DNA of 64,000 nucleotides from Candidatus Rokuibacteriota bacterium (GTDB lineage Bacteria; Methylomirabilota; Methylomirabilia; Rokubacteriales; CSP1-6): NCBI GenBank assembly GCA_023249095.1, contig JAHFDK010000009.1, positions 1,595 to 65,594 of the forward strand, read 5' to 3'. Shown piece by piece: positions 46,321 to 55,331 of this stretch (position 1 is its first letter; each line of letters starts with the position of its first letter). The notes under the pieces were generated by a model. It saw only the letters and a program-made list of their open reading frames with translations, ran no database searches and was not told where the DNA came from. The position numbers and the translations under genes were made by a program.

Positions 46321-46632
46321 TCAGCTGACGCCGAACAAATCATACGCCAGCGACACGGTCAGGTCTCGCGCGTTCTCGATCTTGATTTGTTCCGCTCGAG
46401 GATACAGGCGGAGGTGCCGCTCGAAATCTCGGCTGATATCGACGAAGGCGCCGGCCACAGTCTTGGGCACGTGATCTCGATCTCTGTATACCGTCGCCAG
46501 GTACCGCATCGCAGCCTCAAGACGAGCCATCGCAGCGGGATCGAGGCCCCGTTTGAGCGCGAGTTGAACGAAAATGCTCTGATCGCCAGAGATCAATTCT
46601 CGGATGACCTGGATGGCTTCCTGCTCCGTCAT
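46321..46632 (-). CDS. Candidate cognate immunity protein of the Rhs toxin
   Basis: 103 aa from ATG 46632, preceded by gaggaaa (the track start at 46674 would overlap the Rhs stop). It is all-helical by composition, lies immediately 3' of the Rhs toxin domain and has low G+C. Confidence 0.5.
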   Translation of the reverse strand: MTEQEAIQVIRELISGDQSIFVQLALKRGLDPAAMARLEAAMRYLATVYRDRDHVPKTVAGAFVDISRDFERHLRLYPRAEQIKIENARDLTVSLAYDLFGVS

Positions 46633-46666
46633 GCTTTCCTCGCTCGGCTGGGCTGAGAATCGCAGC

Positions 46667-49600
46667 TCAACCACAGCCGCTCTGCTTTTCCTTTTCCTTT
46701 TCTGGATCGACGACTTCCAGCGCCCCGGCCGGAACGTGGCCTTCGACCAGGACTTCCTTTGATGCGGTCGCGTAGTTCTTGGCTGGCCCCTTGAGGCCCG
46801 CCGCCTCTGCTTCTTGCGGCGTTGTTAGCGGAACGACGCTGAGGTTGCCCTTCGTGTCGTGAACGACATTGTCGGTATCGAACTTGACCGTCACCTGCCC
46901 CGGTTCGCGGTGCTGGGCCGCAACCGCGGGATCGGTCGTCGTTGATATAAATTGGGACCCCTTGAAATCGTCCTTGCCACCGTTACGAACATGCCCCGCG
47001 GGAGTCATGTCTCGTCCGGGCTGTTTGGCGGAGAGTCCCTTGGACGGATCCTCCTCGGGCCGGAGATTTCGGTAAACAACGACAAGCCCCAGCGGATCGA
47101 CCCAGTTGACCGGATTCGTCGCATAGGAAAATTCGTTGAGTCCCGCTTCGACGCCGAGCGGATCGCGCGAAAGGAACCTTCCCGTTTCTGGATCGTAGTA
47201 GCGGAATCGGCTGTAGTGCAGTCCGGTTTCGCGGTCGTGGATCTGGCCTTGAAAGCGGATCGAGCAGTCAACCTGCGCGCCGTTACTGAATCGCACTTTC
47301 CCCCACGTCGTAAGATCCACGGACCAGGCGACATTCCCTGAATCGTCCACGAGCTCTTGGGGCGTCCCCAGGTGATCGACGATCGCAGAGAAGGACTTGC
47401 CGTCCTGCACCATGGCGAGCGGCCTGAATCCCTGTGGATCGAAGATCCACGTCTGAGCAGGCGCGCTTTCGTTGGCCAGATGAATCAGAAAGTCTCGATC
47501 CCACACAAACCGTGTGGTGCCGTCGGGCCCGGTCTTCGACAAGCGTCGCCCGAAGGGGTCGTAACGATACCGCCAGTGACCGACGCCGACCTGGGTCGCG
47601 CCGACCAACCGGTCTTCGGAATCCCACTCATATGACCACTCACGAAATCGGCCGCTACCGACCCACTCGCTCTTGTGGATAAGCCGCCCATTGCCGTCGT
47701 ACGAATAGCTCGTGTCGCCTCTGCGAAGCAAGCGGTTGCCCGGCCCATACTCAAGGGGGGGGGTCGCCTGGGGCGAGGCCGATCCTGCGACGGCGCCAGG
47801 GACCTCAGCCATATGGGTGAGATTGCTGGCAGAGTCATACGAAAACTGCTCGCTCACGCCAGAGTCGCGAGTCGTTGCGGCGATTCGATCCAGCGGATCG
47901 TATCGATATTCAATCCGGCCGCGACGAGCGTCATTGATCACACCAAGGTCGCCAGCAGCGTCGTACGCGTAGGTACGCTCGATCGTCGCTTGTGGAGCGC
48001 GCGCACCGGAGCTCAGTCTTGTCACACGGCCATCAGCCGGCCGCCGCACTTCTTGTGATGCGAGCTGTCCGTTGGCGTCGTATCCCTGAATCAATACCGA
48101 TCCGCCCGGTAGAGAGCGGCTCACATCTCGACCTTCGACATCTCTCTTGAATCGCCAATTGTGGCGTCCGTTGGCCGTTACTCGAACGAGGTATTGATTG
48201 GCGTCGAACTCGTACTCGATATGCGCTCCAAGGCTGGTCGTGATTCCAACGTGTCGCCCCAGCGCGTCATAAACATTGTCGATGCTAATATCGCCCTGTT
48301 GTTCAGCCGTGACGCGCCCGAGCAGATCCCGCTCGAATCGCACTTCGAACCACTGGTTCTGCGCTCGGGTGACGTTGCCTGCTGCATCGTACTCGAACGA
48401 CGTCTCGTCGCCATCGCTGAATGTCTTCTGCAGAAGCCGGCCGGCGGGATCACGTGTGTAGGCAGTCCGCTGGCCTGCTCCATTGGTGAACGCGACGCAC
48501 GCACCGTCCGCATCATACTCGTACTTGCGAACAGCGCCGTCGAGGGCTGTCTCACGAATGACACGCCCTGCTTTGTCATATGCAACGGAATACTCCTCGC
48601 CTTTCTCATTGTAGATCTTCTCCAGCCTCGCCGGCTCCGAGCCCCATACGTAGCGCTGCACTCCGCCGAGCGGGTCGTCACGCTTCAACAGGCGGCGACA
48701 CGGACCATACCGATAGGCCATCCTTGTGCCCAAACTGTCCAAGCACGCGATCAAGTTGCCGCCGGCATCGTAACTGAACTCAGCGTGTGTACCATCCGCT
48801 GCCGTGAGCCGCACGAGGCGACCTATCAAGTCGAACACGGCCGTCGTTGTGCGTCCCGAAGGCTCGATTTGCTGAACAGCACGGCCAAGAGCATCGAGCC
48901 GATACGTTGTCCTTGCGAGGCCGGTCCAGTCCGACACATCGATCGACGCACCGCCTTCGGCGTATGTATATCGAATGCTTTTTGTCGATCCGCGAGAGTT
49001 CTTGATTCTCACGAGATGACCAGGATCGTCGTAATCGAACGTCCATCGCTCCCGCAGTGGGTTCTCGAAGCCCACCCACCGATTGTGGCTGTCGTACTCG
49101 GATCTCCAGACCCGCCCGGCAGGGTCCGTGAGCGTCAACGTCTGGTGGGCTGCGTTAAACGTTCGTCGGGTTACACGACCCGAACGCTCGGTGACAGTGG
49201 CGCGGTTGCCGGACTCGTCATAGGTGTACGCGGTTGTCGCTCCGCTCGGCGCAATCTCGGCGATGATGCGATCGTGTTCGTCGTAAGTCGTCTGCCAAAC
49301 CCCGCCGAGAGGGTCGATCTGCGTGACCACCTGACCTGTGGGTAACCACTGAAAGCGCGTGACGTTCGCCAAACTATCAGTCACTTCTGTCCAGCCAATG
49401 TCCGAACGGTAGCGCAGAGTCTTCGCGTCATAGCGATCGAGGCCTGAGGTGTGCACACAGCGACCACGGTCGTCATAGCGGAAGGAGAAGACGCCCCCGT
49501 CCTTGATGATTTCGCGCGTCAGCCGGGATGCGTCGTCGTACTCGTAGCGATCAGTATGGCCCAGCGCGTCCTGCGCCGAAGTGAGATTGCCGTGGCCGTC

Positions 49601-50209
49601 GTGCTGGTAGCGTGCCAGGGGTTGGAGTTTGCCACCTGGCAGGACGGCGGAGACTGACTTAACAAAACTGTCGGCGTCAAAATCAACCACCAAGGATCGC
49701 TGCTCGAGCCGTTGGCGGATCCTGAGGCGGTGCGTACCATCGCGGACGACGTCGAGCCCGCGGCCTCCCGGATCTTCGATGGCTACCAGCGGCCACGACT
49801 CACCGGCAACTCCCTCGTCGAACACCAGGCGTCGGACGTCTCCAGAATCGACATTCCAGGCGGTCACGATATAGCGATGACCGGTCTTGACCATCTCGCG
49901 GAAGGTTCCGAGATTGCGAAGACAAGCCCCACGTTCTAGAGCAGCATCGGGATCATCAAAGACCTCAATACTACCTTCCGGTGAGAAGAGTCGAAGGCTT
50001 GTCCCAAGCTTCGTAAGCGACGCGAAAAAGGGAGCCATCCATCCGTGCCCCATCGGAGTCGGGCCGAGCCTCAACAGGGCAGTACTGTAGCGGCACCCCC
50101 AGACCAGCTCGAACTGGCCCGCAACCCTGACGTCCCGCCGGTCGTAGTAGACGACGCCTGTCGCGACGTCGACGGGATGCCCAACAGACACGGAGCCGGC
50201 GCGAGTCAC
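46667..50209 (-). CDS. Rhs/YD-repeat protein with C-terminal ADP-ribosyltransferase-like toxin domain
   Basis: 1180 aa from a GTG start. The N-terminus reads HPVDVATGVVYYDRRDV. There are dozens of YD repeats (Y.YD..G.L), then the core-terminating PVNWVDPLGL motif (about 47084-47113) and a 138-aa variable tail. Confidence 0.9.
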   Translation of the reverse strand: MTRAGSVSVGHPVDVATGVVYYDRRDVRVAGQFELVWGCRYSTALLRLGPTPMGHGWMAPFFASLTKLGTSLRLFSPEGSIEVFDDPDAALERGACLRNLGTFREMVKTGHRYIVTAWNVDSGDVRRLVFDEGVAGESWPLVAIEDPGGRGLDVVRDGTHRLRIRQRLEQRSLVVDFDADSFVKSVSAVLPGGKLQPLARYQHDGHGNLTSAQDALGHTDRYEYDDASRLTREIIKDGGVFSFRYDDRGRCVHTSGLDRYDAKTLRYRSDIGWTEVTDSLANVTRFQWLPTGQVVTQIDPLGGVWQTTYDEHDRIIAEIAPSGATTAYTYDESGNRATVTERSGRVTRRTFNAAHQTLTLTDPAGRVWRSEYDSHNRWVGFENPLRERWTFDYDDPGHLVRIKNSRGSTKSIRYTYAEGGASIDVSDWTGLARTTYRLDALGRAVQQIEPSGRTTTAVFDLIGRLVRLTAADGTHAEFSYDAGGNLIACLDSLGTRMAYRYGPCRRLLKRDDPLGGVQRYVWGSEPARLEKIYNEKGEEYSVAYDKAGRVIRETALDGAVRKYEYDADGACVAFTNGAGQRTAYTRDPAGRLLQKTFSDGDETSFEYDAAGNVTRAQNQWFEVRFERDLLGRVTAEQQGDISIDNVYDALGRHVGITTSLGAHIEYEFDANQYLVRVTANGRHNWRFKRDVEGRDVSRSLPGGSVLIQGYDANGQLASQEVRRPADGRVTRLSSGARAPQATIERTYAYDAAGDLGVINDARRGRIEYRYDPLDRIAATTRDSGVSEQFSYDSASNLTHMAEVPGAVAGSASPQATPPLEYGPGNRLLRRGDTSYSYDGNGRLIHKSEWVGSGRFREWSYEWDSEDRLVGATQVGVGHWRYRYDPFGRRLSKTGPDGTTRFVWDRDFLIHLANESAPAQTWIFDPQGFRPLAMVQDGKSFSAIVDHLGTPQELVDDSGNVAWSVDLTTWGKVRFSNGAQVDCSIRFQGQIHDRETGLHYSRFRYYDPETGRFLSRDPLGVEAGLNEFSYATNPVNWVDPLGLVVVYRNLRPEEDPSKGLSAKQPGRDMTPAGHVRNGGKDDFKGSQFISTTTDPAVAAQHREPGQVTVKFDTDNVVHDTKGNLSVVPLTTPQEAEAAGLKGPAKNYATASKEVLVEGHVPAGALEVVDPEKEKEKQSGCG

Positions 50210-50400
50210 ACGCGCCCTTCAGGCGTGAAACAACGCTTGGGGGTGTTGGTTCGCCTCATCGAAGCGCTGTCGTGACGCTCATTCGCTCGAACATCGTCGG
50301 GATTGACCTTTTGGGGGAAGTCGCAGGATGGCATCGAGGGATGTTCAATTCGCCCCCAAGTATGTCGCTGTCGGACTCGACCGAGTCCCGTCGACTAACG

Positions 50401-51162
50401 TCACCCAGCTCCTTTGCCGCCCTGGAGCCGAGACACACCCGCGGCGACTCCCGCCCCCACCGCGCCTTGCGCGGCGTTCACAGCCAGCCCGCGCGCGATG
50501 GCGGCGAAGCTCACGCCAACCATGACGTTGCTGAATCCTAACGTCATCGCGTTCGGAACGATCGGAATGTCACTGCACGAGGTCGCCACCAGCGGCGCGA
50601 CGAAGGCCAAGGGGCCGCCATTGACTGTCACGTTGGGACTGCCGACCGCGGTCGATCCTTGAGAGCCACAGTACGGGATGGGCGGCATCAGCAACTTTAC
50701 CCACGTGGGCCATTGCGTGAACGCGGAAAATGCACCTTTGATCGATTCCCACGTCGCCGCCTTGCTCGAGGTGTCGATGCCGGTCACGTCCTTCAAGAAG
50801 CTCTCGGCGCCATTGGGTTTCGGAATCAAGGACGCGATGCCGGCGATGGCGATGTTCGCCAGAATGGTTAGTCCCATCAGCGTAAGGGCCATGGGGATGT
50901 TCGTCAGGTAGCGCTTCCAGTAAGGACAATTCGGGGGGTTCGCGGGGATGCCCTGCGGCACGTGAACCGAATACCCCATCGCGCCGACCGTGCACGCGGG
51001 CATGCCGTTGATCAGGACGTTGGCGCTCGGGAAAGTGGGCTGGTACCAAAGGAAGATGATCCCAAAGTACGGGTGAACTGGAATGCCCGGAATCGGCGCG
51101 ACGGCGTGCACGTCGATGCCGATGACCATGTCCATCAGCTTGACCGCGGGCCAGAGCGGCAT
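50401..51162 (-). CDS. Atypical PAAR-like protein with internal hydrophobic insertion
   Basis: 253 aa. PAAR-like strands VLINGMPACTVG and VTVNGGPLAFVAPLVATSC are separated by about 90 aa that include a hydrophobic helix (IPMALTLMGLTILANIAIAGIASLI). It lies between the DUF2169 genes and rhs. Confidence 0.5.
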   Translation of the reverse strand: MPLWPAVKLMDMVIGIDVHAVAPIPGIPVHPYFGIIFLWYQPTFPSANVLINGMPACTVGAMGYSVHVPQGIPANPPNCPYWKRYLTNIPMALTLMGLTILANIAIAGIASLIPKPNGAESFLKDVTGIDTSSKAATWESIKGAFSAFTQWPTWVKLLMPPIPYCGSQGSTAVGSPNVTVNGGPLAFVAPLVATSCSDIPIVPNAMTLGFSNVMVGVSFAAIARGLAVNAAQGAVGAGVAAGVSRLQGGKGAG

Positions 51163-52281
51163 CTAAACGAACACCTCCATCTTGCGCATCTGCGGGAGCC
51201 AGTCCGGCCCTGGATAGGGCACGGCCGCGCGCCACACGAGATCGATCTGGCCGTCGTGGGCGCGAATCATCACGGTGTGAACGACGACGGCGGGCTCCTG
51301 GACGCCCTTCCCGATGTCGAGGCCGATCTTCGGTCGTTCTCCGGGCAGCTGGAAGTGAATCTCGCCGTCGGGAGTCAGGTTGGTCAGCTGGACCCACTCG
51401 CTACCAGACAAGAACGGCAGGACGAGTCCCGGCGATGCGCCGTTGAAGAACCGAAAGTCCATGTCCGGAAGCCCGGTCTGCGCGTACATCTCCCGCTGAT
51501 CGGGTGGCACGACGAGCGCGTAGGCCCGGCGAAGCTCTCGCTCGACGCCGCGATCGGCAGGCATGACGCCGGCGAGCTCTCCCCGGGGGCGCCAGTGCTT
51601 GGGGAACCAGCCGAACCCTTGCGGCATCGGCTGCCGCTCCCAGTGCACGAAGTGACCGAGACACAGGCGCTCGGGCGTCAACAGATCCCCGGGATCCTCC
51701 AGATTCGGAAGCTCCAGGCCGGCGACCGCCCGCTTGGTGTTGGCGATCACGAAGCCTCGCCCGAGAGGATTCCTCCCGTAAGGGCACGGCAGCTTCGGGT
51801 CCGAGTAGATGTCCATCCCGCCATAGGCGCGATCGTAACGGACCTCGATGCTGGTCAGCGGCTCCGGGTCGCTGAACGCCGGGGGCCCTCCGTCCCGGAA
51901 GCGGCAGACGCGATCACCCATGACGAGGATGTCCTTCCGGACGGTACCGACCTGCACCGACGCCGTGAACGACGTCGTCGGCTCTCCATTTGGGGCGTAC
52001 GCCGTGCCGTTCACGACGACATCCGTCGCGAGTTTGAAGGGGACGAAGTCGCTCTCGTATTTCACGGGAGAGTTCATTGGGTCGTCGTAGTAGACGTCGC
52101 CGGAAATGAGCTTGCCATCGGCCGCTGCGCGCTGGCACATCACCCCGACCGTGATGTCGTACGTACGCTTCACGAGAACGCTCAGGATGTACTGGCCCTC
52201 CGGCGTCTGGCCGGGCAGAACCACTTTCTGCAGCTTTCGCTCGGCATCGTGCCGCGCATCGACGGTCGGACTCGCGGCCAT
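51163..52281 (-). CDS. DUF2169-domain protein (T6SS VgrG/PAAR effector adaptor family), paralog 2
   Basis: 372 aa with ...SVLVKRTYDI...FKLATDVVVNGTAYAP...LPNLEDPGDLL...QGFGWFPKHWRPR..., as in DUF2169 proteins. Confidence 0.75.
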   Translation of the reverse strand: MAASPTVDARHDAERKLQKVVLPGQTPEGQYILSVLVKRTYDITVGVMCQRAAADGKLISGDVYYDDPMNSPVKYESDFVPFKLATDVVVNGTAYAPNGEPTTSFTASVQVGTVRKDILVMGDRVCRFRDGGPPAFSDPEPLTSIEVRYDRAYGGMDIYSDPKLPCPYGRNPLGRGFVIANTKRAVAGLELPNLEDPGDLLTPERLCLGHFVHWERQPMPQGFGWFPKHWRPRGELAGVMPADRGVERELRRAYALVVPPDQREMYAQTGLPDMDFRFFNGASPGLVLPFLSGSEWVQLTNLTPDGEIHFQLPGERPKIGLDIGKGVQEPAVVVHTVMIRAHDGQIDLVWRAAVPYPGPDWLPQMRKMEVFV

Positions 52282-52284
52282 GCC

Positions 52285-53385
52285 TCAGGTCACCACGGCG
52301 GTGAGTCGCTTCATCTCGGGGAGCCAATCGACGCCAGGGTACGGGTGCGCCCCGCGCCAGACCAGGTCCAGAGCCATTTCGTCGACCCTGATGCACACTG
52401 TATGCAGAACTGGCTCCAGAGTGTTCTCCCCGAGACCGATGTCGAGCGTCATCCGCGGCGTGTCGTTCGGGAGATGGAAATCAAGCACGCCGTCTGGCGT
52501 GAGGTTGCGCAGCCTCACGAGCTCGCCGCCCTTGAGGTATGGTAGGGCCAGTCCGAGCGACGCACCGTTGTTGAAGCGAACGTCGAAGCTAGGGAGCTTG
52601 AAGCGCCGTGCCAGGGCGATCTGCCCCTGGGGAACGAGGCCCAGCGTTTCCTCGCGCATGACCTCGTCGGGATCGACGAAGCCGGGGACGGACCCGACGA
52701 ATGAGCACCTCGGATACCAGGTCCGCTGGAACCACCCGAAGCCCTGGGGAAGCGGCTGCCCGTTCCACCGCTCCGGTTCGCCCAGAACGATCCGCTCCGG
52801 CGCCAAGAGGTCTTCGGGGTCCTCGAGATTCGGCAGGGCGAGACCCTCGACGGCCTCAGGGCTGTTCTTCAAAACGAACCCGGCCCCCTGATGATTCCGA
52901 GGATACGGGAACATCCTAACCGGGTCGTCCCGTAGATAGGTGCCCCCGTACGCCCGCTCGTACCGAATCTCCATCTCGGTGAACGGCTCCGGCTCCGTGA
53001 ACGCCGGCGGAAGGTCGGCTCGGTAGATACAGCGCCGGTCGCCTATCACGCGAATGACCTTCCGGTGGTCGCCAACCGCTAGCCCTACTCCGATCTCTGT
53101 CGCGGGATTCCCACCTGGCGCGTACGCTTTGCCGATCAGGACGACGTCCGTCTTCAGCTTGTACGGGGCCAGGTCGTTCTCGAACTTGACCGTGGACGAC
53201 TCTGGATCACCGTGGTCGTAGTACACGTCGGCCCGCACGAAGGGATGCGCCAGCGGAACCCGCTCTGCCGCACGCCCGGGACGGATCTGATACGTCCGCT
53301 TGACGAGCACAGAGAAGATCGGTGTCCGCGTCTCTGTTTGCCCGACCACTACGACAGACTCTTCCCTGGTTTCGACCGTCGCCAC
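52285..53385 (-). CDS. DUF2169-domain protein, paralog 1
   Basis: 366 aa, colinear with the neighbouring paralog (SVLVKRTYQI...YKLKTDVVLIGKAYAP...LPNLEDPEDLL...QGFGWFQRTWYPR). It lies directly downstream of vgrG. Confidence 0.75.
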   Translation of the reverse strand: MATVETREESVVVVGQTETRTPIFSVLVKRTYQIRPGRAAERVPLAHPFVRADVYYDHGDPESSTVKFENDLAPYKLKTDVVLIGKAYAPGGNPATEIGVGLAVGDHRKVIRVIGDRRCIYRADLPPAFTEPEPFTEMEIRYERAYGGTYLRDDPVRMFPYPRNHQGAGFVLKNSPEAVEGLALPNLEDPEDLLAPERIVLGEPERWNGQPLPQGFGWFQRTWYPRCSFVGSVPGFVDPDEVMREETLGLVPQGQIALARRFKLPSFDVRFNNGASLGLALPYLKGGELVRLRNLTPDGVLDFHLPNDTPRMTLDIGLGENTLEPVLHTVCIRVDEMALDLVWRGAHPYPGVDWLPEMKRLTAVVT

Positions 53386-53402
53386 GTGGTCCTCGGCGAT
53401 CG

Positions 53403-55331
53403 CTAGGGGTTCAGCATGACCATGCCACCCTTGACCGTGTTCGACGCACTGCCGTCGGAGACGACGATGGCGCCGATCGTCTGGTGCTGGCTGGTGGCTT
53501 CAGACGTCACTTCATTCCCGTGAGTTCGCACTTTGGCGCTGCCGTCGATCGCGATGTTCACGCCGCTCAGCTCGATCCGACCGTCCGAAAACATGTGCAG
53601 CGTGCTGGACCCGACCTTCAACTTGATCTCGGTGGCCGCCGTGATGTAGACGTGGCCGGTCTGCGACGTGATCTCGATGTCCTTGTTGACCGTGATCGTC
53701 TCCTTGCCTTCGGTCACCTTGATCGTCGTGTCCTTCTTAATCGTCTCGATGTGCGTACCGTCGACGGTGATCGTGCGATTGTTGTGCACGGTCTGCGAAT
53801 CGTCGTGCTCGATCGTCGTCGACATGTCGTACTGCCCGTGGATCGTGATCTTCTCCTTGCCGGCGGTGTCATCGGCGGAGATCTCGTTGTAGCCAGAGCC
53901 CTTGTGGGTCTTGGTCTTGATGCCGCTGATCACCGCGGCCCCAGGCAGGACGTACGGCGGCATGCTGTCGCCGTTGTAGACCCGCCCGATGATGAGCGGC
54001 TGGTCGGGGTCGCCCTCCAGGAAGTCGACGATCACCTCCTGGCCGATACGCGGAATCGACACCGTACCCCAGTCCTTACCGGCCCACGGCTGGGAGACGC
54101 GCATCCAGCAGCTCGAGTTCTCGTCACGCTTGCCGTAGCGGTCCCAGTGGAACTGGACCTTGACCCGTCCGTGTTTGTCGCAATAGATCTCATCGCCGGC
54201 CGGTCCGACGACCATCGCGGTCTGGGGGCCGCCCATCGTCGGCCGGGGTGTGGTCCGAGCCGGGCGGAACTGCTGGCGGCTCTGCAGCAGCGACATGGTG
54301 CACAGGTAGGTCGCCTCGTCGCCCCCGCCGCCGGTCTCGTACGTGTTGTTCTGAAGGTCGTAGTCGGCGCTGACGATGAGGTACTCCCGCTCCTGTTCCC
54401 GGCGCGGGGCATTCGTCAGGGTGAAGAGTCGGCCGACGGCGATCTCGCGCACGTTGCACTCGGCCTCGGAGCGCTCGAAGTCGGAGTGGAGCTCGTCGAC
54501 GCGCAGGCGCACGTAGTGGTCCCCGTGGTCCGCCTGCACGTAGTCGCCGGCCCAGTCGTAGACCTCGTAGTCCGCGCGTTCGTGCTTCTGCAGGAGCCTC
54601 GACTTCACGCCCAGGTCGGCCTTCGGCTTTTCGAAGTCGAACGAGTGCAGCGCCACGGCACCGGGTTGGACGCTCTGCCGGAACGTCCAGACCTGGATGT
54701 ACTCCTCGTCGGTGTGGAGCATCCGGCCCGGCGGGTAATAGGCGATGCTCGCCTTGTTCTCGAGCGTCTTGTGCCCGGAGTCGGAGTCGACCAGCTTGAG
54801 CGTGTGCTTGCCGTCGCCGTGCTCGAAGAAGTAGTAGATGCCCTCCTCTTCCATGAGGCGACTGACGAAGGCGAAATCGGTCTCCCGGTACTGAACGCAG
54901 TACTTCCGCTGGGCGTACGTCGCGGTGAGGCCGTCCTCGAACACCGCCACCGGGTGGTCCGCGAAGACGTCTTTGACGATCTCGGGAACCGTCTTCTCCT
55001 GAAAAATCCGGCAGTCGGTCGTACGGGTGAGAAACCAGAGCCAGGACCGGACGACCATGCGGTACTCGAACTGGCGTCCGACCATGCCCCCCTGGGTGAA
55101 GCGGGTGACGTAGCCGTTGAAGTAGCGCGAGCCGCCCTTCAAGAGCTCCAGCTTCACCGTGACGCTCTTGCCGAGCAGATCGCTCGGGTCGATGTCGGCA
55201 CGCGACGACACCGCCGAGAGCTCGAAGTCCGAGGATCGCCCCAGCTCCTCGCGCCCGCGGAGGCTCCGGAACAAGAGATCCTTCCCCACCGGGGTGGTGA
55301 GCTCGATCATCCGCGCCATCATGGGGCTCAT
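53403..55331 (-). CDS. vgrG: T6SS spike protein VgrG (TssI)
   Basis: ATG 55331 has an ATGA overlap with clpV. SDFELSAVS...RYFNGYVTRF...gp27/gp5-like regions...PWAGKDWG...beta-helix repeats. 642 aa with no C-terminal effector extension. The rest of the 1099-aa track ORF is an out-of-frame overlap with clpV. Confidence 0.9.
   Translation of the reverse strand: MSPMMARMIELTTPVGKDLLFRSLRGREELGRSSDFELSAVSSRADIDPSDLLGKSVTVKLELLKGGSRYFNGYVTRFTQGGMVGRQFEYRMVVRSWLWFLTRTTDCRIFQEKTVPEIVKDVFADHPVAVFEDGLTATYAQRKYCVQYRETDFAFVSRLMEEEGIYYFFEHGDGKHTLKLVDSDSGHKTLENKASIAYYPPGRMLHTDEEYIQVWTFRQSVQPGAVALHSFDFEKPKADLGVKSRLLQKHERADYEVYDWAGDYVQADHGDHYVRLRVDELHSDFERSEAECNVREIAVGRLFTLTNAPRREQEREYLIVSADYDLQNNTYETGGGGDEATYLCTMSLLQSRQQFRPARTTPRPTMGGPQTAMVVGPAGDEIYCDKHGRVKVQFHWDRYGKRDENSSCWMRVSQPWAGKDWGTVSIPRIGQEVIVDFLEGDPDQPLIIGRVYNGDSMPPYVLPGAAVISGIKTKTHKGSGYNEISADDTAGKEKITIHGQYDMSTTIEHDDSQTVHNNRTITVDGTHIETIKKDTTIKVTEGKETITVNKDIEITSQTGHVYITAATEIKLKVGSSTLHMFSDGRIELSGVNIAIDGSAKVRTHGNEVTSEATSQHQTIGAIVVSDGSASNTVKGGMVMLNP

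Noticed and set aside
39136-50400. Integrative mobile element responsible for the variable island
   Set aside because: I could find no integrase, transposase, tRNA attachment site or flanking direct or inverted repeats.
50256-50438. 60-codon ORF in the spacer between the PAAR-like gene and rhs (possible Eag/adaptor-type small gene)
   Set aside because: It has no RBS, overlaps the PAAR-like gene end, has unconvincing composition and shows no motif. It is too weak to call.
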